The notes under the pieces were generated by a model that saw only the letters and a program-made list of their open reading frames with translations, had not been told where the DNA came from and did not search any database. DNA of 59,039 nucleotides from a virus. Lineage: Duplodnaviria > Caudoviricetes. Location of the stretch: the IMG/VR virus record IMGVR_UViG_3300033149_005336, positions 1 to 59,039 of that record. One strand, written 5' to 3'. Positions 6,863-15,700 of this stretch are shown piece after piece. How positions within the stretch are numbered: position 1 is the stretch's first letter; each line of letters starts with the position of its first letter. The translations under genes were made by a program, and so were the position numbers.

Positions 6863-7058
6863 AATAGAACTAAACAGGCCGGGCGAAAGTGTGAAACTAT
6901 GTCGTCCACTGTTATGGAGGTTCGATTCGTGAATGCAGGCAATGTGGAACTGGAAGGTTTCCACTATCCCCTACCTTTGCTTCCGACCTTGAACGCCCCG
7001 GGGCGGTCCCGGGGCGCCCGGCCTGAATAAATGGAAGCTATACGAAAGGAAAAAAGTC

Positions 7059-7358
7059 ATGGCTGGCGATACACCCAAACTTTCCGACTCGTTGGGCGAA
7101 TATAACGTAGCTGAACTTTCCAAACTTCTGGATCGCGGCTTTCGGCTGATGGTCTATAAGAATGCCCTTGGAACATATACGGCAATATGGATACACCCGG
7201 ACGCGAATAAAGACGTGTTCTTTTATTGTATAGGAGAAAAAGACGCTCATGAGCTTGATTGGGACGCTCTCACCAGTTTCGCCACTATGACCGACCGACT
7301 TGATCCTTTCGCCGCGGCGTGGGAGGCAGCAAAGAAGGTTTTAAGGAGACTATATTAA
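7059..7358 (+). CDS. Hypothetical protein
   Basis: AAGGA RBS; operon orientation. Confidence 0.7.
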   Translation: MAGDTPKLSDSLGEYNVAELSKLLDRGFRLMVYKNALGTYTAIWIHPDANKDVFFYCIGEKDAHELDWDALTSFATMTDRLDPFAAAWEAAKKVLRRLY

Positions 7359-7417
7359 AAATTGACTGACAATGTGGCTCTACCTCCGCCATTAATGTGC
7401 TTAAATGAGGATGAGCT

Positions 7418-7690
7418 ATGAACCTTGACGCCAAATGGGAAGACTTCAAAACGCCAGAACAATGGCGGGAATGGTTGGACGTGGCCGCCAAGGAGGCCCC
7501 AGACCTGGCGGATTGGTGGACGACGGCTGAGGGCTGTGAAGGGTGTCGCTATTTTTCTCGTCATTACGTTTGGTGCATGTTGCACAGGGCTCCCGCTACG
7601 CGTAATCCCGTGCTCAATACGTTGGGAATGGCATGTTGTGGATTTGATTATATGCCTGCCGATGAACAAAAACTTGGGAGGCTCATGTGA
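7418..7690 (+). CDS. Hypothetical Cys-rich protein
   Basis: GAGG RBS; CEGC..C..CC. Confidence 0.65.
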   Translation: MNLDAKWEDFKTPEQWREWLDVAAKEAPDLADWWTTAEGCEGCRYFSRHYVWCMLHRAPATRNPVLNTLGMACCGFDYMPADEQKLGRLM

Positions 7691-8106
7691 TGTTTAACTT
7701 CATTGCTTGGTTTGAGTGTGATTCGTGCGGGAAGAAAGAGATTGCAAGGACCCTTGCGGGCTGCCGCGGCCTCCCCTGTGGGTGGGTGTCGGCAAAAGAC
7801 ACCGATGGGCGACCAACGGAACTGTGCCCCGGCTGCCAAGACTTATTGGTTGAATCGGAGCCGAAACCGAAACTGGAACCGGAAGTGTTGCCATGCAAGA
7901 TGTGTGGGGCTAGGCCGGTGGAAGGCAGTAATTCTCGTTTGCCTTTAAACTCATACCATCTTGCCTGCACGAGGTGCGGTATATCGGTTGATGGTCAATC
8001 ACATTCAACAATGGGTGAGGCGAGAGAAAAGGCTATTCAAGTGTGGAACCGCTTGATGAGCAAGGAACCAGTGAACCGCTGCCGCAATGAATTAGGAGAA
8101 CAGTAA
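7687..8106 (+). CDS. Zn-finger protein with C-terminal Lar (restriction alleviation)-like domain
   Basis: LPCKMCG...CTRCG...AIQVWNR pattern. Confidence 0.65.
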   Translation: MMFNFIAWFECDSCGKKEIARTLAGCRGLPCGWVSAKDTDGRPTELCPGCQDLLVESEPKPKLEPEVLPCKMCGARPVEGSNSRLPLNSYHLACTRCGISVDGQSHSTMGEAREKAIQVWNRLMSKEPVNRCRNELGEQ

Positions 8107-8108
8107 AG

Positions 8109-8465
8109 ATGATTAAATGGCAAGATATTGAGACGGCACCGAAGGATGGGAGTGCTATTCTTATATATGCCGATGGGTACGTATATGTCGCATGGTGGGA
8201 CAAACACTCGTTTGGATTCGGCACCGAAAGTGGGGAATTGATAAAGCCCACTCACTGGGTGCCTATTAATAAACCGGAGTCAGAAATCAAGCCATGTATG
8301 TTTTGTCACAAACGTCCTAGAACAGAGGAATTCAGTCATTGGTATCACATTGAATGTCAGAACTGTGGGATTGTTGTACGAGCAGTGCCTGGAGATAAAG
8401 ATAAAGTAATTGAAAGATGGAACCGCTTGATGGGCAAGGAAAATGGGATTCGTAGAAGGATATAG
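8109..8465 (+). CDS. DUF551-like plus Lar-like fusion
   Basis: WQDIETAPKDG...PTHW then KPCMFC...CQNCG...IERWNR. Confidence 0.75.
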   Translation: MIKWQDIETAPKDGSAILIYADGYVYVAWWDKHSFGFGTESGELIKPTHWVPINKPESEIKPCMFCHKRPRTEEFSHWYHIECQNCGIVVRAVPGDKDKVIERWNRLMGKENGIRRRI

Positions 8466-8471
8466 AAATAC

Positions 8472-8765
8472 ATGGGATGTGTCAATTGTGTAAAGGTAAC
8501 TTGTGATTGCTGTGGCCTCTATGAAACATATACCTCAGAAGAAAATGCGCGCGAACACGGTTGGACGTTCTTTGATGTCACTGGGACAACTCGATGTGTC
8601 TGCGGCGGATGTTCTGCGCAACAAATAGCCAAGATTGAGGAAATCAACCCGATTCATGATACGCCGGTCGGACAAGAACTATACATATATTGGCTGGGCG
8701 AGTGCGCGAAAACAAAGAGAGACGAAATCAAAAAGAAAGGCGAAACCAAAAAGCAAAATGAATAA
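8472..8765 (+). CDS. Hypothetical Zn-finger protein
   Basis: CDCCG...GW...CGGC. Confidence 0.6.
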   Translation: MGCVNCVKVTCDCCGLYETYTSEENAREHGWTFFDVTGTTRCVCGGCSAQQIAKIEEINPIHDTPVGQELYIYWLGECAKTKRDEIKKKGETKKQNE

Positions 8766-9150
8766 TCTCACCTGGCTGGTTATCATGCTCGCTGCTATCA
8801 CCCTGACGGTCATCGCCGCCGGTCAACTCTACGAACCGGTGTACGTCTCGCCGGAGGATTGCAATACCTGGCGCCGCGTCGAGCCGGAGGCCGATTGCAA
8901 CGAGCCGGTGGACTATGTGGAATCGACCGAATTGGTGGTGTTCCTTGTCGCATGGGAGCAGGCGTTCCCGTCGGTGACGTATTATGTGGACCTGGATCCG
9001 AACAAGGCAATTGTAGAGGCTGGCCGGCGGCGAGTGATTTATCCGTTGAAAGGCAGAATCTATATCAAGCGCGGCGACCCGAACGATACGCCGATGATGC
9101 GGTGGCTGGAATTTTGGAAAGAGTATCATGCAAAAAATCGTAACAATTAA
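8758..9150 (+). CDS. Hypothetical protein with N-terminal TM/signal segment
   Basis: MNNLTWLVIMLAAITLTVIAAG. Confidence 0.6.
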   Translation: MNNLTWLVIMLAAITLTVIAAGQLYEPVYVSPEDCNTWRRVEPEADCNEPVDYVESTELVVFLVAWEQAFPSVTYYVDLDPNKAIVEAGRRRVIYPLKGRIYIKRGDPNDTPMMRWLEFWKEYHAKNRNN

Positions 9151-9439
9151 ATATCCTTCCCTATCTCAAGAGGTGTTCGACGATTTGCTGGAGGCGATAT
9201 TTGACGAGCATGGACCGTTCAGGTTGTGGGGGAATCCTATCCGTCTCGGTCCTAAAAAAGTGCACATTTACGGTGCACTTCGCAAGAGTTGCGTGCCAGT
9301 TAACATTGAAATAACCGAATGTCGCATTGTGATAATGTGTATTCAGCAGACGGAAAGATCGGATTGCGTCGAAAAATTAACGGTCAATCTTAAGCGGTAT
9401 TTTGAATCACACAATGTAAGGTGCGTTATACCTGGCTAA
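9128..9439 (+). CDS. Hypothetical protein
   Basis: Overlapping operon ORF. Confidence 0.55.
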   Translation: MQKIVTIKYPSLSQEVFDDLLEAIFDEHGPFRLWGNPIRLGPKKVHIYGALRKSCVPVNIEITECRIVIMCIQQTERSDCVEKLTVNLKRYFESHNVRCVIPG

Positions 9440-9454
9440 TGGAAGACGAGGGTC

Positions 9455-10267
9455 ATGGCGACGACGAAAATTGAATGGGCAGATGTGGTATGGAATCCGA
9501 TAACGGGCTGCACTCCGGTCAGTGAAGGGTGTAGAAATTGTTACGCCAAGCGCATGGCGCAGCGATTACGGGGACGGTTCGGGTATCCGGCGGATGAGCC
9601 ATTCCGCGTGACGTTTCATAAAGACAAGTTATATGAACCGCTGCGATGGCGGAAGCCGCGTCGTGTCTTTGTTTGCTCAATGGGAGACCTCTTTCACCCG
9701 GATGTGCCACCAAATTATATCCACGATATTTATGAAGTGATGTCCGCTGCGAAACGACACATATTCATTGTGCTCACCAAAAGACCGGAGCGTATCTTGA
9801 AGGTGCTCTACGATGCAGAACCATTTTATTTCGGTGGCGGAGATTACCTGCCGAACGTTTGGCACCTCACATCAATTGAAAATCAACAGGTAGCGGAAAC
9901 TCGTATCCGGGCGCTACTAAAATTACGTGAAGCATCTCTAGGGTGGCCGGTGCTGGGTGTGTCCTGTGAACCCCTATTGGGACCAGTGGACCTAGAAGCA
10001 TGGTTTTGCCATTACGATAAAAATGGAGAGCCAAGCGGACCAAGATGTAAACCAAACGGCAAGCCAATAATTGATTGGGTCATTGTCGGCGGTGAAACCG
10101 GACCGGGAGCTAGGAAAATGAACCCGGAATGGGTGCGAGATATACGCGACCAATGTATTGAGGCCGACGTGCCGTTCTTTTTCAAGCAATGGGGCGGTTC
10201 AGATTGGGAGTTCGCTCATTTCAATATTATTGATGGCAGAATGTGGAGACAATTTCCTGATGTCTAA
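9455..10267 (+). CDS. Phage Gp37/Gp68 (DUF5131) radical-SAM-like protein
   Basis: TKIEW..WNPITGCTPVSEGCRNCYA, FVCSMGDLFH, LTKRPER, WVIVGGETG, FFFKQWGG. Confidence 0.93.
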   Translation: MATTKIEWADVVWNPITGCTPVSEGCRNCYAKRMAQRLRGRFGYPADEPFRVTFHKDKLYEPLRWRKPRRVFVCSMGDLFHPDVPPNYIHDIYEVMSAAKRHIFIVLTKRPERILKVLYDAEPFYFGGGDYLPNVWHLTSIENQQVAETRIRALLKLREASLGWPVLGVSCEPLLGPVDLEAWFCHYDKNGEPSGPRCKPNGKPIIDWVIVGGETGPGARKMNPEWVRDIRDQCIEADVPFFFKQWGGSDWEFAHFNIIDGRMWRQFPDV

Positions 10268-10511
10268 CCGCAAACCCACCTGGATTCTTGACCGCCCGAC
10301 TTTCGGCGTCCTGTTCCGCTCCGACGGCGTGATTATCCTGTGCGGGCGGCGGGCCATATCGCTCGGCAGGCCGAGGCTGAGCCTATGGAAGAGGCGGACC
10401 GTTCATCTAGACCGAGAGACAGCCCGGGAAATCTGGCGGGAGTTTCACGAAGGGAAGGATATTCAAAGAATACTCATTACTGTTGACCACGGGAAAGAAT
10501 CCGATGTCTAA
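10260..10511 (+). CDS. Hypothetical protein
   Basis: Start overlaps the previous stop. Confidence 0.5.
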   Translation: MSNRKPTWILDRPTFGVLFRSDGVIILCGRRAISLGRPRLSLWKRRTVHLDRETAREIWREFHEGKDIQRILITVDHGKESDV

Positions 10512-10716
10512 ACTTCATCCAGGCTTCAAGCGCGGCGGCGTGCCGCAGGAATGCGAGTGCTGCCATCGGGAATACGTGCCGCAAATGATTTGCGAGAATC
10601 CCACTCCCAAAGAACGCAAATACAACTGGATATGTCCTTGGTGCGGCTATGACAACGCCGTCGGCGGAGAATGGTATGCGGAGATGAAACGGCGCGGCAA
10701 AAGGGACTTGGGATGA
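10504..10716 (+). CDS. Small Zn-ribbon protein
   Basis: CECC...WICPWCGYDN. Confidence 0.6.
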   Translation: MSKLHPGFKRGGVPQECECCHREYVPQMICENPTPKERKYNWICPWCGYDNAVGGEWYAEMKRRGKRDLG

Positions 10717-10751
10717 TTGACTGGCAGCCGAGAAAATGAGAGGAGTCATTC

Positions 10752-11456
10752 ATGGATAAAATTTACCTTTCCGGTCCGATGACCGGTAAGCCGGATCATA
10801 ATTTCCCGGCTTTCCACGCGGCCGCTAAACAATTCCGTGAATTGGGGTGGGAGGTTATCAATCCCGCGGAGCATTTCAACGGAAAAACCGACCTGCCCCG
10901 GGCAACTTATCTGCGGAAAGATTTGGAATGCTTGCTTCAATGTGATGCCATTGCCTTGCTTCCTGGCTGGCATGAATCGGAAGGTGCGAGATTCGAGGTC
11001 ATGGTAGCCGAAAAGTTACGCTTGAAATTCTTCTCGATCGACCATCCCGCATTTGGGATGGTTCCTCCCGAATCGTTTATTCATTTTCGTCGCTACCCTT
11101 CCTATGTACCAGTGCCCAAAGATGCCCCACCGGCGGAGAAAGAGCCCATTAACCTGCCCGATCCTCCCGGCTTTGGTTCGGTCCTTGACGAGGCGAAGCA
11201 CCTGACCAGTGGGCCGCGGATGTCGGATTATGACAATCCGTCGTCCGACTTCCAACGAACATCCCATATCTGGACCGGCATCCTCAAGGGCAAGCTCAAA
11301 GAGGGTGAGTGTATCTCGCCGAATGATGTGGCTTTGTGTATGGTCGGCCTGAAGATGAGTCGGGAGACCCATAAGCACAAGCGTGACAACCTCGTAGACA
11401 TGGCCGGGTACGTTCGCTGCCTGGCTCTCATCACCGCAGAGGAAGCATTGCGTTGA
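10752..11456 (+). CDS. DUF4406 (deoxyribosyltransferase-like) plus DUF6378-like fusion
   Basis: IYLSGPMTG..NFPAF, INPAE, LPGWHESEGARFE; C-terminal RMSDY..P..DF..VALCMVGLKMSRE..KRDNLVDMAGY. Confidence 0.85.
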   Translation: MDKIYLSGPMTGKPDHNFPAFHAAAKQFRELGWEVINPAEHFNGKTDLPRATYLRKDLECLLQCDAIALLPGWHESEGARFEVMVAEKLRLKFFSIDHPAFGMVPPESFIHFRRYPSYVPVPKDAPPAEKEPINLPDPPGFGSVLDEAKHLTSGPRMSDYDNPSSDFQRTSHIWTGILKGKLKEGECISPNDVALCMVGLKMSRETHKHKRDNLVDMAGYVRCLALITAEEALR

Positions 11457-11472
11457 GTGTTCGGATAATCGC

Positions 11473-11679
11473 ATGGCGCAGCTTGACAACCATGACGCCA
11501 TTATTCGCGGCGCGGCCTTGATGCGGATCGAGAGATGTATTCGTTCCGGCCGCATTGATATTGACTATATCCTGGGAGTAATCGCCCAGGCCATGCCCGA
11601 TCCCGAGCGGAGTAAACGCTTGAAACAAACCGGAAAGGAACCAGAAGATGAACCTGGCCCAGTGGCTCCAGCGGGGTAA
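11473..11679 (+). CDS. Hypothetical protein
   Basis: Operon ORF. Confidence 0.45.
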   Translation: MAQLDNHDAIIRGAALMRIERCIRSGRIDIDYILGVIAQAMPDPERSKRLKQTGKEPEDEPGPVAPAG

Positions 11680-11863
11680 GCCGATACCCGGTAGTTGCTA
11701 CTACCGCGACTTCTGCGCCCTCTGCGGAGAACCTATTCGTGTGCCGAAAAGCCGATTGAACGTACCAAACGTTTGTCGGGACTGTCGTGGCCATCAAGCC
11801 CCGCCGCCGCGGACCGGCTTGACCAAGCGACAGCGATACGGACTGGCGCGTACAGATTCCTGA
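11648..11863 (+). CDS. Small Zn-finger protein
   Basis: CALCG...CRDC; AAGGA RBS. Confidence 0.6.
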   Translation: MNLAQWLQRGKPIPGSCYYRDFCALCGEPIRVPKSRLNVPNVCRDCRGHQAPPPRTGLTKRQRYGLARTDS

Positions 11864-11872
11864 GATCGAACT

Positions 11873-12109
11873 ATGACGAACGATACTCCCTTTGTCATAG
11901 CGCTGACTATCTGGGGCACCACCTGTATTTGTTACGTGGACCCGGAACGATCACCGTTAATGCCCCTGCCACCGCCGTTGTCTCGGGTCGTCTGCCGGTT
12001 GGCGGTCAATGACGTGGTTAAGGACGGCCAAGGGCGGTTGTATCGCATGGATTTCGACGGCGCCCATCGCCTTTGCCCGCCTCGTGTCTGCAAAATCGGG
12101 ATAGGATAA
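11873..12109 (+). CDS. Hypothetical protein
   Basis: Operon ORF. Confidence 0.45.
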   Translation: MTNDTPFVIALTIWGTTCICYVDPERSPLMPLPPPLSRVVCRLAVNDVVKDGQGRLYRMDFDGAHRLCPPRVCKIGIG

Positions 12110-12119
12110 TCTAAGGAGA

Positions 12120-12785
12120 ATGGCTATTATGTTGCCCAATTATGTCGCCGTTCTGCAAGCCTTGGTCAGAACCGGTAAATGGTGTACCCGTTCGCCCCAC
12201 GAGAATCACATGGAGAGCACGCTTCCTACGATTGCCTGGAAGAGGAGGCTGCGCGAAGAACAAGTCCGAAGCTGCATTTATTACGCCAGAAAGCAAGGGT
12301 GGCATATCGACTTGGACCGTGCCTCATTCTGCTATTTGAGCAAGCGGCATGCCAACCTCGTTCTCAACTGGTTACAGCTAGTTGGTATTCCGACATGGTG
12401 CACACGCCGCGAAGGTCCATTTGCGCCGGAGACAGTCTCCCACTGGGTAGCCAGTGCCAAGGCCCAAGCTAAGCGCAAGAGAGTACGGCGAGCAAAAGGC
12501 GACAAAAGGGTCCGTCTTACCTCGGTTCAGTATGGTCCTCTGACGCTTCGGCTTCGCGTGCCCCTGTCCGTCATCATCAGGCAGGTCGGCTCGCAGACAG
12601 TAGCCGTTTGCCCGATCAGTGGGATGGTGGTCGCAGAAAGTGATGAGAAGAGCGCACTAGAGTCTTTCTGCAACCTGTTCTTGCGGCGGTGGCTGATAAA
12701 TAGCCTGATTCCCCACAAAGATCTTTCGCACTCAGAAGTGATGCAAAGGCTATACTTCAACAAGTACGTTGTATTTAACGCTTAG
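12120..12785 (+). CDS. Hypothetical protein (last gene of the + strand operon)
   Basis: AAGGAG RBS; stop overlaps the stop of the convergent giant gene. Confidence 0.6.
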   Translation: MAIMLPNYVAVLQALVRTGKWCTRSPHENHMESTLPTIAWKRRLREEQVRSCIYYARKQGWHIDLDRASFCYLSKRHANLVLNWLQLVGIPTWCTRREGPFAPETVSHWVASAKAQAKRKRVRRAKGDKRVRLTSVQYGPLTLRLRVPLSVIIRQVGSQTVAVCPISGMVVAESDEKSALESFCNLFLRRWLINSLIPHKDLSHSEVMQRLYFNKYVVFNA

Positions 12786-15700
12786 CCTGCCGGCCTCATG
12801 CGCTGCTTGCGCCGGCGGTTCTCCAATGCCTGCTCAACGTTCCGGTAGTTGGCCTTCAACTTGCCGTAAAGGAACTTGCGTATTTCAATGGCCCGGCGGC
12901 GATCACCGTCTTGTTCCGCCTCGTAAAGCAAATCGTAATATTCCGACCGCAACGTCTGCCGCACCACGGCGACTTCCCGGTCCACGTCCAAACGCTGTTG
13001 CCGTCCCCAACGCAGAATAGCGCGGATTTCCTCGGCGGGAGCGTTCCGGCGGTAGGCGTTCCGCAGGCGGGCGCGGAAATAGTCATCGGCCTCCGGGGCG
13101 TTCTCGGCGGTCCCGAACAGGCTCGGGCGGCCCTGGGCACGCCGGCGGAGTTGCCCGGCCACGGTCCGGCCGACGCTGGTGGTCCGCGCCAAGCGCCGCA
13201 GAGCAGTTGCTTTCTTCTCCGGCGTCGCGCCGCCGGCGAACGACTTGACGACATTAAGGGCCGCCCATGCCATATCCGCCGCCGTGCCGATGGCCGCCGG
13301 CGTGAAGATGCGGACGATCCGGCCGGAATCGGTAGCCTCCAGAACCTGCAATGGTCGTTCGAGGATTCCCAACGAGTCGGAAAACAGCCGCAGGATGCGG
13401 TCCATCTTCTCCAGGTCGCGCTTGCGGGGCAACCGCCCGCGCAGCAGTTCCCGGATCGCTTCCTTGGCCACCCCGGCGAATACGGCGGCAATGGCGAACC
13501 GCAGGAAGGGAACGAAGTTACCGTAACCCATCTCGCGGAGAATATAACCGAGGGTATGCTGGGTCTGCTTGTAGGCCATCGCCCAGAATTGCGTCCAGAA
13601 CCGCCCCGTCTCGGTGAACCACGAGGCGGGCAAATCCTTCGGGTCCGCCGAGAACTGGGTGATGTTGACCGCGCCCCGCATCAGCTTGCGGCGTTCGGCC
13701 GTACTCAAGGTGCCCCGCCGGACCATCGCCTCCACTTCCGAACTGCGGAAGCCTACGTCCTTGTGGGTTAGCTCCCGCATCAGGGCGCCGGGCACGATCA
13801 ACCGGCCGGCCTTCTTGCTGCGACGGTGGGCGCGGCGGATAGCATCTTCCCACGCCCCCAACCCGGCGAAGGCCGCCGAGGTCCGGTTGATGACTTCGGC
13901 GGCGGACATCGGCGCCCGGGAGACGTTAACTATCTCCGACCAGACGCCTTCGGCGAAGAAATGGCGTACCCCGCTGTGTTCCAAGGCGCCGGCCTGACGT
14001 GCCGCCCGAATGCGTGACGGGTGCAAAAGGGTCGCCAACCAGTTGACGCCCGTCCGCGTCAAACCGAACCGCGTGGCACTGGTCAACTGGCCCCAGAGAA
14101 TGTTCCACAAGGGCGACTCGATTCCGAACAATTGCAAACCGCTGGTGGCGGTCCGGGCCTGTCGCAGCAATCGCTTGGTCCCCCGGCCGCTGTCCGATTG
14201 CAGGCCCTCCACGTTTGATTCGTAGCCTATCAGCTTGCTGAACAGCCGCAGAAATTCCAGCTTGGCTTCGTCCGGGTCTTTACCCTGTGCCCGGGCGGTC
14301 TTTTCCGCCTCGCTGGCCCCGGCCAAGGCCCAAGTTTTCAGTCGCCCGTTTGAGAGGCGCACCATGCGGACGCGACCGTTGTCGTCCTCCACCTCCTTGC
14401 GCTGGTCCCACACAATGGCTTCGGCGATGCGCCGGGCGGCCTGCTGAATATGCCGTTCGACGGCCTCGTGCGGGTTCTCCAGCAGAAATTCCAGCGGGTA
14501 CTCGAAGGCCCGATGGTACTGGAACCCTTTTTCCCTATGACCGATTTCCGCCTTGGGCACCTGGCCGGAAGCCAAGGCGTGGTACAATTCAGTCAACTCC
14601 CTGCCGGCCGGCTCGTACCGTCGCCGGTCACGCAGGAATTTCCGGGCCTGTTTCTTCCTGGACGCCAAAGACCATTTCTTGGTCTGCGGGCGCAGCGTGC
14701 CGTTGACGTATTCCATCTCGCGGGCCTGCAAATCGCCGGCAATCCAATCGATCAGGGCCTCGTAGGCCGGGCCGTTTTCATTCTGTATCTGCTTGCGGGT
14801 CTCGGTGTTGAAATACTGTGGCCAGTAGCCCCGCCGGATGCGGCGGAAGGTCTCGTAATCCGCTCCGCCCGGCACCGGCAACTTCAATTCCTCCAAGGTA
14901 ATCCCGATGTCGTCCAGGAGGGCGGTCACTTCCGCCACGGCCCGGGCCACCCGCGGATTGGCCGGTCGGCGTCGGCCGCGCATGGCTTCCATGAAGTTGC
15001 GGTAATCCGACCGCCGAAGGTCCTTCATGGCCTGAGCCGCCATGTCTCGCCACTGGCCCACGAGGCTTTTTTCGTAGTCGGTCACGACGTGGAAGCTGTT
15101 ACCGGCGATCCGACCCCACTTGGGGGCCATGAGGGCCAGCCGGTCGGTACTCTGCACCAAATCCAGCGGCCCGGTGGGTGCCGAGCCCAGCAGGCCGGTA
15201 ACCCCGCGGTAAGGCAGGCCCAAGAGCCCGTTGACTTCGTCGTCGTCGATCCCCGGTTGGTAGAGCACTTCCGGCCCGCCGGCGTGGCCGTCGCCGGGTG
15301 CGCTGTCGGGATCGGATTCCACCTGCCTGTCCGGGGTGATCTCACCCAAGGTGAGTTCCTGCTTGAGTTGCTCCAGTTTGTTTTCCAGGGATTCTATCTC
15401 GGCCTGCTTGTCGAACGGTTTTCGGGCCTGCTTTTCGTAATCGGCAGCCTGCCGATTCACCTCATCTAGTTTTTGTTGTGTCGTTTCTATGCGGGCGGGC
15501 AGGTTGTCGAAGAAATTCCGCAATCGGGTCACATTGCCCGAAGCCGAATCACTCAAGGTGATCCTGTCCCATCCTACGATTATTTCGTAGTGTTCGCCGG
15601 TGATAGTTAGCGCCGCACAAAGGGTCGCGTCCAACCCGCACAGCTGGGCGATCTCTTTTTGTGGTTCGGCGCTTTGGGCGGCGGATTTTTTCGCCAAGGC

